From an uncultured Methylomirabilota bacterium (lineage in GTDB: Bacteria; Methylomirabilota; Methylomirabilia; Methylomirabilales; 2-02-FULL-66-22), in the NCBI GenBank assembly GCA_963845565.1, contig CAWJSJ010000005.1, forward strand, positions 864,001-928,000: DNA of 64,000 bases, read 5' to 3'. Shown here one piece after another: positions 49,150 to 59,300 of this stretch. Under the pieces are notes generated by a model. That model did not search any database and was not told the DNA's origin. It worked only from the letters and a program-made list of their open reading frames with translations. Both the position numbers and the translations under genes were made by a program. The number at the start of each line of letters is the position of its first letter. Positions within the stretch are counted from its first letter, which is position 1.

Positions 49150-49929
49150 TCAAGCAGTATGTCCGACCGGGCCGCGCTCCGGCGAACGGCCGGCGGGGCA
49201 GACGCGAAGGCATCGCCCCATGCAGTCGGTCGCCAGGCGCGTGCTGCGGCAGGTGGCCCACTCGGTCCGCGCCGGAGGATCCAACCAGAGACCGTTCTCG
49301 GCCGCCTGGGGCAGGGTGGTGAGCGCGCCACCGGGACATTGCCGCACGCACTCCAGACAGGCAAGGCCGTCGCAGGTCTTTGCGACCAACAGGGGGGACG
49401 GGATCAGCGGCGCCGCGGTGATCACGGAGTTCCAGCGGATGCGGGGGCCGTACCTGGCCGTCACGACCACGTTGTTGAGGCCGAACTCCCCCAGGCCCGC
49501 CCGCACTGCGGCGTGCCGATGCGAGAACATGGCCGGCACGTGGGCGTACTCCTCCGGGACGCCCGTGTTGGTGGTCGGGAAGAAGAGCGAGGCGTGCCCC
49601 ATCTCTTCCAGGTGCGTGGCCAGGCGGAGGGCGATCGTGTTGAGGTGGTCATTGATGATCTGATAGCCCGATTTCTCGTAAAGGCAGAGGCGCAGCGCCT
49701 CGGCGCGCTTCGATTCGGGGTAGAACGGCGAGCCCTTGAGCAACTCCGGCCACGCCATGACCCGATCAAGGATCCGGATCCCGAAGGTCACGACCGTCCT
49801 TGCGCCGGGGAGCAGGTCGGCCGGGTGATGCGCCGGCGGCGCCCCGTCGAATCGCTCCACCGGCGCGACCCCGACCAGGCTCGCGCCCATTCCTCTGGCC
49901 ATCTCGGAGAGCGTCGTCGTGAGATCCAT
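49150..49929 (-). CDS. QueG-like 4Fe-4S protein (epoxyqueuosine reductase / reductive dehalogenase-related)
   Basis: GASLVGVA, FSHRHAAVRAGLGEFG.N, YGPR.R..SVIT, CDGLACLECVRQCPGGA, CMGRCLRVCP. Confidence 0.8.
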   Translation of the reverse strand: MDLTTTLSEMARGMGASLVGVAPVERFDGAPPAHHPADLLPGARTVVTFGIRILDRVMAWPELLKGSPFYPESKRAEALRLCLYEKSGYQIINDHLNTIALRLATHLEEMGHASLFFPTTNTGVPEEYAHVPAMFSHRHAAVRAGLGEFGLNNVVVTARYGPRIRWNSVITAAPLIPSPLLVAKTCDGLACLECVRQCPGGALTTLPQAAENGLWLDPPARTEWATCRSTRLATDCMGRCLRVCPAGRSPERGPVGHTA

Positions 49930-49960
49930 GACATTCCCTTTCCGTTGAGACTGAGACACC

Positions 49961-50131
49961 GTGGGATATTGAATAACCCATTTCGCCCAGGCTGCTCAAA
50001 GAGGTCCACATGCAAGGCGGTTTGTCGGAGGCCGGGGTACCCAGCGGAGCTGGGTCCAGGCGTACCGGAGATACGTCGCAGCGAGTGCCGAGGCAAACCA
50101 ACTCAGCAGATGGGCCTCTTTCAACAGCCTG
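49961..50131 (-). repeat. MITE/REP-like element family A, copy 4, starting at the CTAG that contains the SPFH stop codon
   Basis: minus strand CTAG|CAGGCTGTTGAAAGAGGCCCATCTGC ... GCCTTGCATGTGGACCTCTTTGAGCAGCCTG plus GGGTTATTCAATATCCCAC. Confidence 0.85.
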
Positions 50132-51106
50132 CTAGGGTTTGGCCGGGGCCGGCATGGGCATGTTCAGCATCAGGCCGGGGGCGTTCCCGCCGCTACCCAT
50201 CGAGAACTGCGGAAGCTTCCCATCCCACCTCTCCAGATATCGTTGCTGGATCAGGGTCGGCGTGAGCGAGGCGGACACCTTCTGGTTGTACGTCGACTCG
50301 GCGTCCGCGCGAATCTTGGTAGCCTCGGCCTCGCCCTTGGCCTTTTCCCGGGCGGCGTCACCCTGACCTTTGGCCTGTGCCGCGACGATCTCGGCCTGGC
50401 GCTGGGCCTGGACCAACTCGTACCGCTTCTGCTCCGCCTTCTGCTCCTCGATCTGTTTGCCTTCAATCGCCTTCTCGTAGGCGGGATCGAACTTGATGTT
50501 GGCCAGCGCGGCCTCCTTGACCTCGATGCCGTACTTGGCGAGCCAGGTCGTGAGTTCCCCCTGGATGTCGGCCTTGATCTTGGGCCGCTGGTGGAGGATC
50601 TCCGTCGCCACGTGCAAGGCGGTGTTCGCCTTCAGGACCTCCTGGGCCGCCGGGTCGATGATGACGCTCGCAAAGTTCGGACCGATTCGCTGATACACCT
50701 CGGCCGCCTTGTCGGGCAGGAGGCGATAGTTCAGGACCATCTCCACGTGGACGGCCTGCAGGTCCTTGCTGGCGGCGTCGTACTTGGCCTGATGGCGCAG
50801 GACGCGGGTGTTCATCTCCACCACGTCGTACAGCGGGTTGACGAGGTTGATCCCTTCGCGCAAGACCACCGGCTGCACCTTGCCGAAGAGCAACGCCACG
50901 CCCACCTGGCCGGCGCTGATCATCCGGATGCCGGAGGACAGGATCATAAGCGCACCCAGAGGGATCAGGGCCATCGCCACCAGTCGGAGCCCGCCAACGC
51001 CCAGCGCGAGCCGCTTCTCCTGATCGCTCTTGGCGAGAACGCGGGTCAGGATGGTAACCGCGATCACGCCCACCACGACTAGGATGCTTCCGAAGACGAG
51101 CCGCAT
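50132..51106 (-). CDS. prohibitin/SPFH (band 7) family membrane protein
   Basis: two TM segments, GQVGV..LFGKV, EG...VNP, SKDLQ.V, AIE.KQ..EQ, ERWDGKLP. Confidence 0.9.
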   Translation of the reverse strand: MRLVFGSILVVVGVIAVTILTRVLAKSDQEKRLALGVGGLRLVAMALIPLGALMILSSGIRMISAGQVGVALLFGKVQPVVLREGINLVNPLYDVVEMNTRVLRHQAKYDAASKDLQAVHVEMVLNYRLLPDKAAEVYQRIGPNFASVIIDPAAQEVLKANTALHVATEILHQRPKIKADIQGELTTWLAKYGIEVKEAALANIKFDPAYEKAIEGKQIEEQKAEQKRYELVQAQRQAEIVAAQAKGQGDAAREKAKGEAEATKIRADAESTYNQKVSASLTPTLIQQRYLERWDGKLPQFSMGSGGNAPGLMLNMPMPAPAKP

Positions 51107-51136
51107 TCCCGTGTCTCCTTTCGGCGGGCCGCTCTG

Positions 51137-51715
51137 CTAGGGGGTGAGGTCCGCGGCATATGCGAACATGATACCCGCAGCCCTCATCTCCGCCAGCGCC
51201 GCCGCACAGTCGCCGGGGTGCACCTCGACGCCCCGAATGGCGTCCTCGATCACGACCACATCGAGTCCGGCGTGCCGCGCATCCAGGGCGGTGGCCTTGA
51301 CGCAGTAGTCGGTCGCCAGGCCGCAGACGAACACTCGCCGGAGAGTGCTGGATTGCAATAGCCGGGCCAGTTCCGTCCCCTGAAAGCCCGAATACGCCTC
51401 GAAGTCCTTGCTGACCGCCTTGGAGACCACATGGCGGATCTGCGACACCTGCAACTCCGGATGGAATGCGGCTCCGTCCGTGTCGGCGACACAGTGCGCC
51501 GGCCAGATGCCCCCTTGGGCTTTGAAGGAGCAGTGATCGGGTGGGTGCCAGTCCCGGGTGGCGACGGTGACCCAATGCGTCAGGCCAAGCAGCCGATTGA
51601 TCACCGGGACGATCCGATCGCCCTGCGGGACCGCCAGCGCCCCGCCGGGGCAGAAGTCGCGCTGCACGTCCACGACGAGGAGGGCGTCTGTTTCCGGGTT
51701 GACGCGAATGGTCAT
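51137..51715 (-). CDS. pncA: nicotinamidase/pyrazinamidase
   Basis: LLVVDVQRDFCPGGALAV, TRDWHP..HCSF, WPAHCV, YSGF, GLATDYCV. Confidence 0.92.
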   Translation of the reverse strand: MTIRVNPETDALLVVDVQRDFCPGGALAVPQGDRIVPVINRLLGLTHWVTVATRDWHPPDHCSFKAQGGIWPAHCVADTDGAAFHPELQVSQIRHVVSKAVSKDFEAYSGFQGTELARLLQSSTLRRVFVCGLATDYCVKATALDARHAGLDVVVIEDAIRGVEVHPGDCAAALAEMRAAGIMFAYAADLTP

Positions 51716-52374
51716 AACGGGCTTCCGGATGCCCGCTGCCGCATCGCGACGGTGGCCGCCCGGGGGTCGGCGGCGCCGAAGATCGCCGATCCTGCGACCA
51801 GGATCGTTGCGCCGGCGTGGGCGACCTCGCGGCAATTCTCCAGGTTGATGCCTCCGTCCACTGCCAGTTCTGGCCGGGGACGCATCCGCTCCAGCCAGGA
51901 GTGCATGTCGGCGATCTTCTTGAGGACGAACGGAATGAAGGACTGCCCGCCGAACCCCGGATTCACCGACATCAGGAGGACGAGGTCCACCTGCTCCAGG
52001 ACGTGCTCCACCGCGTGGAGGGAGGTGGACGGGTTGAGAGCCACGCCCGCCTTCACGCCGGCCTCACGAATCTGTTGCAGGGTGCGATGGAGGTGGGGGC
52101 AGACCTCCGCGTGGACGGTCAGGTAGGCCGCCCCGGCCTTGGCGAAGGCGCCGATGTACCGGTCGGGGTGCTGGATCATCAGGTGGACATCCAGCGGGAG
52201 TCGCGTTCGCCGGTGGATGGCCTCGACGACCACGGGGCCGATCGTCAGGTTCGGGACGAAATGGCCGTCCATGACATCGACGTGCAGCAGGTCGGCCGCC
52301 GGCTCGACCTTCGCGATCTCCTCGCCCAGGGCGCCGAAGTCCGCGGACAGGATCGAGGGTGCGATCTTGGTCAT
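51712..52374 (-). CDS. rpe: ribulose-phosphate 3-epimerase
   Basis: IAPSILSADF, HVDVMDGHFVPNLT, DVHLMI, MSVNPGFGGQ, VDGG. Confidence 0.97.
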   Translation of the reverse strand: MTKIAPSILSADFGALGEEIAKVEPAADLLHVDVMDGHFVPNLTIGPVVVEAIHRRTRLPLDVHLMIQHPDRYIGAFAKAGAAYLTVHAEVCPHLHRTLQQIREAGVKAGVALNPSTSLHAVEHVLEQVDLVLLMSVNPGFGGQSFIPFVLKKIADMHSWLERMRPRPELAVDGGINLENCREVAHAGATILVAGSAIFGAADPRAATVAMRQRASGSPL

Positions 52375-52384
52375 GGGCGCCCCC

Positions 52385-53134
52385 CTATTCGCCGACGGTC
52401 AATTGCACTTGTCCGCCGACGGTGATCCGCGCGCCGGCCGGCGGGTCCTGGCTCACCACGTGCCCCTCGCGGGATGCCGCCTGCTGGAAACCGATCCGGG
52501 CCTCCAGTTGGAGCTCCTTCAAGAGGTTCAGGGCCACGACCAACTCCCGGCCGCGCAGATCGGGCATAATCAGGCCCTCTTCGAGCGGCCCCAGGCTTTG
52601 GAGCAATCGGATCGTCGCCCCCCGGGTCACGGGCGCACCCGCCGCAGGTTCCTGCGCGATGATCAGTTCTCGCGCGTGGGCGTCCGAGTGGATCGGCGTC
52701 ACCGGCCCAAGGATGAGGCCGGTCTCGGCCAGGATTCGCTTGGCCTGGGCCACCGTGACGCCGGCGAGATCGGGCGCCGCCAGTTGATCGGTCCCCCGAC
52801 TGAGGATCAGCCGCACCTCGCTGCCGAGCTTCAACCGCGTCCCGCGGGTGGGGCGCTGGTTGGCGACCCGGCCCCTGGCGATGGTGGCGCTGAACTCCTC
52901 GGCCACGACCCGCGGGGTAAGGCCGACCTCTCGGATCAACGCCTCGGCGGCCACGGAATCCAGGCCGATGGCGCGGGGGACCGCCACGCGGTCTTCCTCC
53001 AAGAACCAGAGCATGGCCACGTACCCGGACAGTACCGCGAGGGCCAGCAGGCCGACACAGATGGCGCCGGCCCGGACGAGCCGGTAGAGGCAGCCGGGGG
53101 ACCGGTTCGGCTCGCGTTCGCGAGGCGGTATCAT
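52385..53134 (-). CDS. membrane-anchored protein with three PASTA domains, no kinase domain
   Basis: one TM followed by VAVPRAIG, APDLAG and MPDLRG repeats, each with a Q.P..G motif. Confidence 0.85.
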   Translation of the reverse strand: MIPPREREPNRSPGCLYRLVRAGAICVGLLALAVLSGYVAMLWFLEEDRVAVPRAIGLDSVAAEALIREVGLTPRVVAEEFSATIARGRVANQRPTRGTRLKLGSEVRLILSRGTDQLAAPDLAGVTVAQAKRILAETGLILGPVTPIHSDAHARELIIAQEPAAGAPVTRGATIRLLQSLGPLEEGLIMPDLRGRELVVALNLLKELQLEARIGFQQAASREGHVVSQDPPAGARITVGGQVQLTVGE

Positions 53135-53160
53135 GGCCGGTGCACGCTCCTGCGATGACG

Positions 53161-54579
53161 TCACGACTGCCGCCGTAGCCGGGCCACGAAGAACCCGTCC
53201 GTGTCGTGCCGGTGGGGCCAGGCGCGCAGGATTCCATCCACGGCCGGATCGGCGAAGGGCTGCAAGGCCGGACCCGGCGCCTCCAGGGAAAATCCCGGGT
53301 GGCTCCTCAGAAAATCGTGGACCACGTGATCGGTCTCCTCCGGTTCCAGGCTGCAGGTACTGTACACCAGAAGCCCCCCAACGGCCACAGCGCCGGCCGC
53401 GCCGGCGAGCAGTTCGGCCTGGAGGGTGGCGGTCTGGGTGAAATCTTCCGGCCGGCGCCGCCACTTGATCTCGGGCCGTCGTCGGGCGGTGCCCAGGCCA
53501 CTGCACGGGGCGTCCAGAAGAACACGGGCGAACCGTCCTGGCCAGGCACGGCCGGCGCCACGCGCATCGTAAAGCTTCGCCTCCACGCTGGCAAGACCTA
53601 AGCGCGTCCGGGCCGAGGAAAGGCGCCGGATCGCCCGAGGGCTCCGGTCCAGCGCCAGCACCTTTCCGGTCGCGCCGACGCCGGCGGCGATGAGGGCGCT
53701 CTTCCCTCCGCCTCCGGCGCAGGCATCCAAGACGTGCTGGCCGTCGCGCAAGTCCAGCGCCAGGACCGGCAGCGCCGCGGCCTCGTCCATGGGGATCAGC
53801 AACCCCGCGTCGAAGTCGGGCAACTCACGGGGACTGCCGGCGCCGCGGAGGGTGAAGCTGCCGGGGACGAACCGTCCTGGTGTCGCCCTCGGGGACGCCG
53901 CGTTCAAAGCCTGCGCCGCACCGGCGATGCTGCCGCGGAGGCGGTTCACCACCACCGTGAGGGGGGGTACCCGGTTATTGGCGGCCATCAGCTCGCCGGC
54001 CTCGGTGGGGCCGAGACGGCGGATCCACCGATCCGCCAGCCACGACGGGTGGGAGCCAGGACCCGCCCAATACGCGCCGGGTTCGCCGACCGGATCCGGC
54101 TCGGCACGCCGGGGTTCGCGCGCCATTCGGCGCAGGACTGCGTTCACGTATCCGGCGGCGCGACCCGCACCACCGGCACGTGCCAGGGTGACCGTTTCGT
54201 CCACCGCAGCGAAATCCGGGATGCGGGTCAGGCAGGTGAGCTGGTAGGTACCGAGGCGGAGCAACACGCGGACCACTGGGTCCAGGGCGGCCACCGGCCG
54301 ATCCAGGCACGGGGCGAGCAGCCAATCCAGTCTGCCCTGCCAGCGCAGGACGCCGTATACCAGTTCGGTCGCCAAGGCGCGATCCGGGCGATCCAGCCGG
54401 CCGCTTTGCAGACGCGCATCCAGGAGGATGTTGGCATACGCGTCGGTGGCCTCGACCCGAAGCAGCACGTCCAAGGCGGTTCGTCGGGCCCCGGCGGGTT
54501 CCCCCGCCGGGGACGACCGGGTTATCCCGCGCGGATCGGGGCTCCGGTCTCCCGGCCGCGCCGAGGTCGTCCTAGCCAC
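53161..54579 (-). CDS. rsmB: 16S rRNA m5C967 methyltransferase (NusB-like domain plus MTase)
   Basis: DRALATELVYGVLR, VNAVLR, SHP.WL, LDACAG.GGKS, LLDAPCSGLGT.RR.PE, YSTCS, DGFF. Confidence 0.93.
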   Translation of the reverse strand: MARTTSARPGDRSPDPRGITRSSPAGEPAGARRTALDVLLRVEATDAYANILLDARLQSGRLDRPDRALATELVYGVLRWQGRLDWLLAPCLDRPVAALDPVVRVLLRLGTYQLTCLTRIPDFAAVDETVTLARAGGAGRAAGYVNAVLRRMAREPRRAEPDPVGEPGAYWAGPGSHPSWLADRWIRRLGPTEAGELMAANNRVPPLTVVVNRLRGSIAGAAQALNAASPRATPGRFVPGSFTLRGAGSPRELPDFDAGLLIPMDEAAALPVLALDLRDGQHVLDACAGGGGKSALIAAGVGATGKVLALDRSPRAIRRLSSARTRLGLASVEAKLYDARGAGRAWPGRFARVLLDAPCSGLGTARRRPEIKWRRRPEDFTQTATLQAELLAGAAGAVAVGGLLVYSTCSLEPEETDHVVHDFLRSHPGFSLEAPGPALQPFADPAVDGILRAWPHRHDTDGFFVARLRRQS

Positions 54580-55498
54580 AACGCATTCCCGTCTGGAGTC
54601 GCTGCCCCCGGGCGAACTCGGCGCCCGTCATCCGCCGCTTGCCTTCGGGCTGGACCTCCAGCAGGGCCACGGCCCCCTCGCCGGTCCCGAGCACGACCGC
54701 GGCGTCCTCGACGCCGAGAATCACGCCCTGTGGGGCGCTCGCCGGGCGCGCCTCGGCCCTCAAGATCCGGAGCCGCTTCCCTTCCGGCATCACGAGATAG
54801 GCGCCGGGCGTCGGCGACAGGCCGCGGATCCGATTCACCAGGGCCGTGGGCGGCCCTGCCAGTTCCAGGCGACAGTCGGCGTCGCCGAGCTTCGGGGCAA
54901 CGCTGACCCGGGTTTCGTCCTGCGGGATCCAGGCGCCGCTGCCGACCGAGAGGAGATGGAGCGCATCGGACAGGGCCTCGGCCCCCAGGGCGGCCAGACG
55001 GTCATGGAGGATTCCCGTGTCGTCGTCGGGCAGGATCGGACAGGTGCGCTGGAGCAGGATGGGCCCGGCGTCCATCCGCCCCTCGACCCGCATGATGGTG
55101 ACGCCCGTCTCGTCGTCCCCGGCCATCACGGCACGATGGATGGGGGCGGCCCCCCGATACTTCGGGAGAAGCGAGGCGTGGACGTTGATACAGCCCAGCG
55201 GCGGGAACTCGCGCACGGCACGCGGGAGGAATTGCCCAAACGCCACCACCACGGCGATCTCGGGGTGCGCCTGGCGCACGGCTTCCAGGAAGCGCGGATC
55301 ACTCACCCGCTCGGGTTGGACCAGAGGCAGACCGTGCCGTTCCGCCGCCAGCTTGACGGGCGGCGGACGCAGGTCTCGACCGCGGCCGGCTGGGCGATCG
55401 GGCTGGGTCGCCACCAAGCCGACCGTGTGGCCGTCGGTCACCAATCGGTCGAGAGAGGGGACCGCAAAATCCGGGCTTCCCATGAAGATCAGTCGCAT
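54572..55498 (-). CDS. fmt: methionyl-tRNA formyltransferase
   Basis: FMGSPDFA, TQPDRPAGRG, INVHASLLPKYRGAAPI, ETGVTIM, MDAG. Confidence 0.97.
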   Translation of the reverse strand: MRLIFMGSPDFAVPSLDRLVTDGHTVGLVATQPDRPAGRGRDLRPPPVKLAAERHGLPLVQPERVSDPRFLEAVRQAHPEIAVVVAFGQFLPRAVREFPPLGCINVHASLLPKYRGAAPIHRAVMAGDDETGVTIMRVEGRMDAGPILLQRTCPILPDDDTGILHDRLAALGAEALSDALHLLSVGSGAWIPQDETRVSVAPKLGDADCRLELAGPPTALVNRIRGLSPTPGAYLVMPEGKRLRILRAEARPASAPQGVILGVEDAAVVLGTGEGAVALLEVQPEGKRRMTGAEFARGQRLQTGMRCG

Positions 55499-55531
55499 CG
55501 GTCGTCCCACGGGGGCCAGAGGTGTCTGGAC

Positions 55532-56023
55532 TCAGGCGATCAGGGAGCGGATCCTCTCGTCCATCCGTTGCCGATGAGTTCCCGGCCAGTAGATCCGTCC
55601 ACAGGCTGGGCACCCCCAGAAGCTGTCGTGGTGGCTCCAGACAAATTCGGGAACGCGCCCGGCGGCCTCCGCCTTGGTCCGTGACTCCAAAATCACGTTA
55701 CAGCGCGCGCAACGGCGCGGCGCCGACGACGCGGGCACCAGACGGCACGCCGCCATCACCTGGCGCAGTTGTGCCATGACCCGGTCGTCACGAATGAACA
55801 GGTGCGGCGGCAAGCCGCGACGCCGGAGGATCCCGGTGTCTCGGGTCAGAAGGATACGCCTATCCTCTTGAGCCTTGGCGATCAGATCGGCGTCCGCGCC
55901 GCGGAAGTACTCGGCGTCGTAACCCAGAATACGTAACCAGGTCGCCAGCCGCCCGAGCATGGTGTCCGCGAGGAAACGTGGAGCATCCCCAGGCCGATCG
56001 CCGACCGACACGTCGCGCGCCAT
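55532..56023 (-). CDS. Mut7-C RNase (PIN-like plus Zn ribbon) domain protein
   Basis: FLADTMLGRLATWLRILGYD, RILLTRD, RCARCN, CPACGRIYW.GTH. Confidence 0.9.
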   Translation of the reverse strand: MARDVSVGDRPGDAPRFLADTMLGRLATWLRILGYDAEYFRGADADLIAKAQEDRRILLTRDTGILRRRGLPPHLFIRDDRVMAQLRQVMAACRLVPASSAPRRCARCNVILESRTKAEAAGRVPEFVWSHHDSFWGCPACGRIYWPGTHRQRMDERIRSLIA

Positions 56024-56205
56024 ATGAAGAGGGTAGCACATTCGCTACGGATTTGGCAGGGCGTGCCGAACGCTTTGGCAGGCACCCCCCGTTGTTGCCG
56101 GGGGGGTACGTGACACCCTTCCAGTTCCGCGAGCGCGCTAGTTGCCCGGTCGCTCCGATCCTCACGCCGTGTGATGTGGTCTTTCGGTCCTGTTCGGTAC
56201 GCGGC

Positions 56206-56234
56206 TTGACAGGGTGCGACCTCGCCCCTAGACT
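56206..56234 (+). promoter_or_regulatory. sigma70-type promoter candidate for the hybrid kinase
   Basis: TTGACA-17 nt-TAGACT. Confidence 0.55.
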
Positions 56235-56364
56235 GCCGGAGGCTGGCCAGGGCATTGGAAGCGCGCCGGGTGGTTCGCGCATCCGACGCGACGTCCGGCA
56301 CGCCACCGACTGAGTTGCGCGCCAGGTCGAGCCACCCCAAACGTCCGTCGCGGGAGACCACCCC

Positions 56365-59300
56365 ATGGGATCGCCCACCCCCGCCGAACTCCTCGCCGAG
56401 ATCGCCGCGCTGCGAGGGCGCGCGGGCGGGCTCGAGCGGCATCAGCGGGAACTCACGGCCCTGCTCCGGGCCCACGAAGCCATCACCTCGTCGCTGGACC
56501 TCGAGCAAAGCCTCCGCGCCATCGTCGACCAGGCCTCGACCATCGCCGGCGGAAGCGACACGTGGCTGTACGTGCTGGACGAAGAGCGGAAGACGCTGCG
56601 TTGCCGCGTGAGCATCAGCATGTCGCGAGAAGAGATGGACGGGCTGGTCATGCAGGTCGGCGAGGGGATCGCCGGACGGATCGCCCTGAACCGCGCGCCG
56701 CTGGCGATTTCGGATATCCGCACCCACCCGCATCTCTGGCGACCGGACCTCGCGGCGAAGCACCGTCACGTCTCCTATCTCGGCCTGCCGATCATGCGCG
56801 GGGACCAGGTCCTGGGCGTGCTCGCCTTCAGCAATCCGGAGCCCCGGATCTACGCGGAAGCGGAGGTCGCGTTTCTGGCGGTGTTCGCGCGCCAGGCGGC
56901 CATCACCATCGAGAACGCCCGGCTGTACGAGGCGGCGCGGCGGGAGCTGGCCGAGCGGGGCCGCGCGGAAGCGTCGCTTCGGGAGAGCGAGGAGCGGTAT
57001 CGGCGCATTACCGCCGCCGTGAGCGACTACATCTACACGGTGCGCGTGGAGCCCGGCGGACCGGTGGAGACGTGGCACGGGCCGGGCTGTGTGGCGGTGA
57101 CGGGTTACGCCAGCGCAGAGTTTGCCGCCGATCCGGAGCTGTGGATTCGTATGGTGGATGAGGCCGACCGCGATGCCGTGCGCGCGCAGGCGCGCCGGGT
57201 CCAAGCGGGCGAGGAGACCCCGCCTCTCGAGCACCGGATCACGCGTAAGGATGGGGCCAAGCGATGGGTGCGGAACACCCCCGTCCTGCATCGGGATGCA
57301 CAGGGGCGCGTGCTTTCCTACGACGGTCTGATCCGGGATGTGACCGAGCGACGGCTGGCAGAGGACGCGCTCCGTTCACGGACGGCGCAGCTCGAGGCGG
57401 TGCGTGCCATCGGCGAAGAGATCACGCGCGAGCTGGACCTCCAGGCGCTGCTTGCCCTGATCGTGCGACGAGCCACGGAGCTGATCGGGGCGCGCGCAGG
57501 GGCGATCCTCTTGTGGGATGCAGAGGCCGAGCTGCTGGTGCCCAGCGCATGGCACGGGTTCAGCGACTGGCAAAACCAGCAGCGCCTTCGCCTTGGGGAA
57601 GGGCTGGTCGGTACGGTGGCCAAACGGCGGACAGGGATGATCGTCAATGACTACCGCGATTGGCCGGATGCCCTCCGCTTGACCCTCGAGCACTCCTCCA
57701 TCACTGCCGCCCTGGCGGAGCCACTCTTGCACAGGGATCGTCTCTTGGGTGTGATCGCCCTCAGTGACGAGGGGACCGGACGGGTGTTCGCAAAACAGGA
57801 TCAAGAGACGCTCGCCCTCTTGGCTGCACACGCCGTGATCGCCATCGAGAACGCGCGCCTGTACGCAGCCGCGGTCCGTCGGGGGTCAGAGCTCGAGGCC
57901 CTGGTCTCCGCGGTGCGTTCCGTCACCTCCGGTCTGGAGCTGCAGGAGATCTTCGACCGGATTCTCGCCGAGGCGGCGCGGATGAGCGGCGCGCCGCACG
58001 TCAAGGTGCTCCTGCTGGACAAAGCCGCCGGCGTGCTCCGCATTGGGGCGCGCCAGGGCTCGTCTATGCCCGAGGGCTATGCACTCCCCCTCGGCGTCGG
58101 CTCGTCGGGGATCGTCGCCCGGACAGGCAAGCCCCTCTTTATGGCGGATGCCCAGCACGATCCTCGGACCATCTTCGCAGAGCAGGACCGAGATCTCGGG
58201 ATCGTCACCTACCTCGGTCTTCCGATCAAGCGCGGGGAGGAGGTCCTGGGCGTTCTCACGTTCAACACCACGCAGCCCCACCGGTACACCGCGGACGAGA
58301 TGGCCTACCTGGCCTCGTTCGCCGATCAGGCCGCCGTCGCCATCGAAAACGCCCGGCTGTTTCGCGAAGAGCGGGAACGGCGCATGCAGCTGGAGGCGGT
58401 CCGCACGATCAACGCGGAGATGACGCGCGAACTCGACCTGCCGGCGCTCCTGCGACTGTTCGTGGGCCGGGCGATGGAGCTCGTGCGTGCGGCCGGGTGT
58501 GGCGTGTGGCTGTGGGACGCGGAGCTCCACCTGCTCGCGCCCCACGCCTGGGAGGGGCCGGACTGGATCACGGACGTCCGCCTGCGCCTCGGCGAAGGCG
58601 TGATCGGGGAGGCGGCGCGCCGCGGCGAGGGGGTGATGGTCAATGATTACGTCCGCTCTCCCTTGGCGCATCCGCTCTGGGTGGAGCGGACCCAGACCCG
58701 CGCGGTCATCGCGGAACCGCTCCGCTACCGCGACCGGCTGCTGGGGGTGATCGCGGCCAATCGGGAGGGAGCCGGCGAACCGTTCCGGTCCGAGGACCTG
58801 CAGGCGCTCCGACTGCTGGCCGATCACGCGGCCATCGCCATCGAGAAGGCGCAGCTCTTCCAGGAGTTGAATCAGTCTTATGCCAACCTGCAGAAGGCGC
58901 AGGACGACCTGATCCGGGCCGAGAAACTCCGGGCCCTGGGCCAGATGAGCGCCGGGATCGCCCACGACCTGAACAACATGCTGGCGGCGATCCTGGGGCA
59001 GGTGGAGTTGCTGCGGCTGCGCGCGCGGGACTCCGAGGTGCAAGAGGGACTGCGGACGCTGGAGACGGCCGCGACCGATGGCGCGCACGTCGTCCGGCGC
59101 CTGCAGGATTTTGCCCGGCAGCGTGGACGGTCTCCCCTCGCCTCCATCGATCTGGCGGAGGTCGTCACCGAAGCGCTGGAGATCACGCGCCCTCGCTGGC
59201 GGGACGAGGTCCAGCGGCAAGGCCGCGTCATCGAGGTCCAGGTGCACCTCGCGGACCTCCCGCCGATCCTCGGCTATGCCCCGGAGGTACGGGAGGTCCT

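Noticed and set aside
49150..49929. True queG or reductive dehalogenase
   Set aside because: Short (259 aa), with no Tat signal or rdhB anchor and lacking features I would expect of full QueG; kept as QueG-like only.
56040..56110. TTTGGCAGG direct repeat as a sigma54 promoter
   Set aside because: No correctly spaced TTGC -12 element; only two short copies, so the evidence is insufficient.
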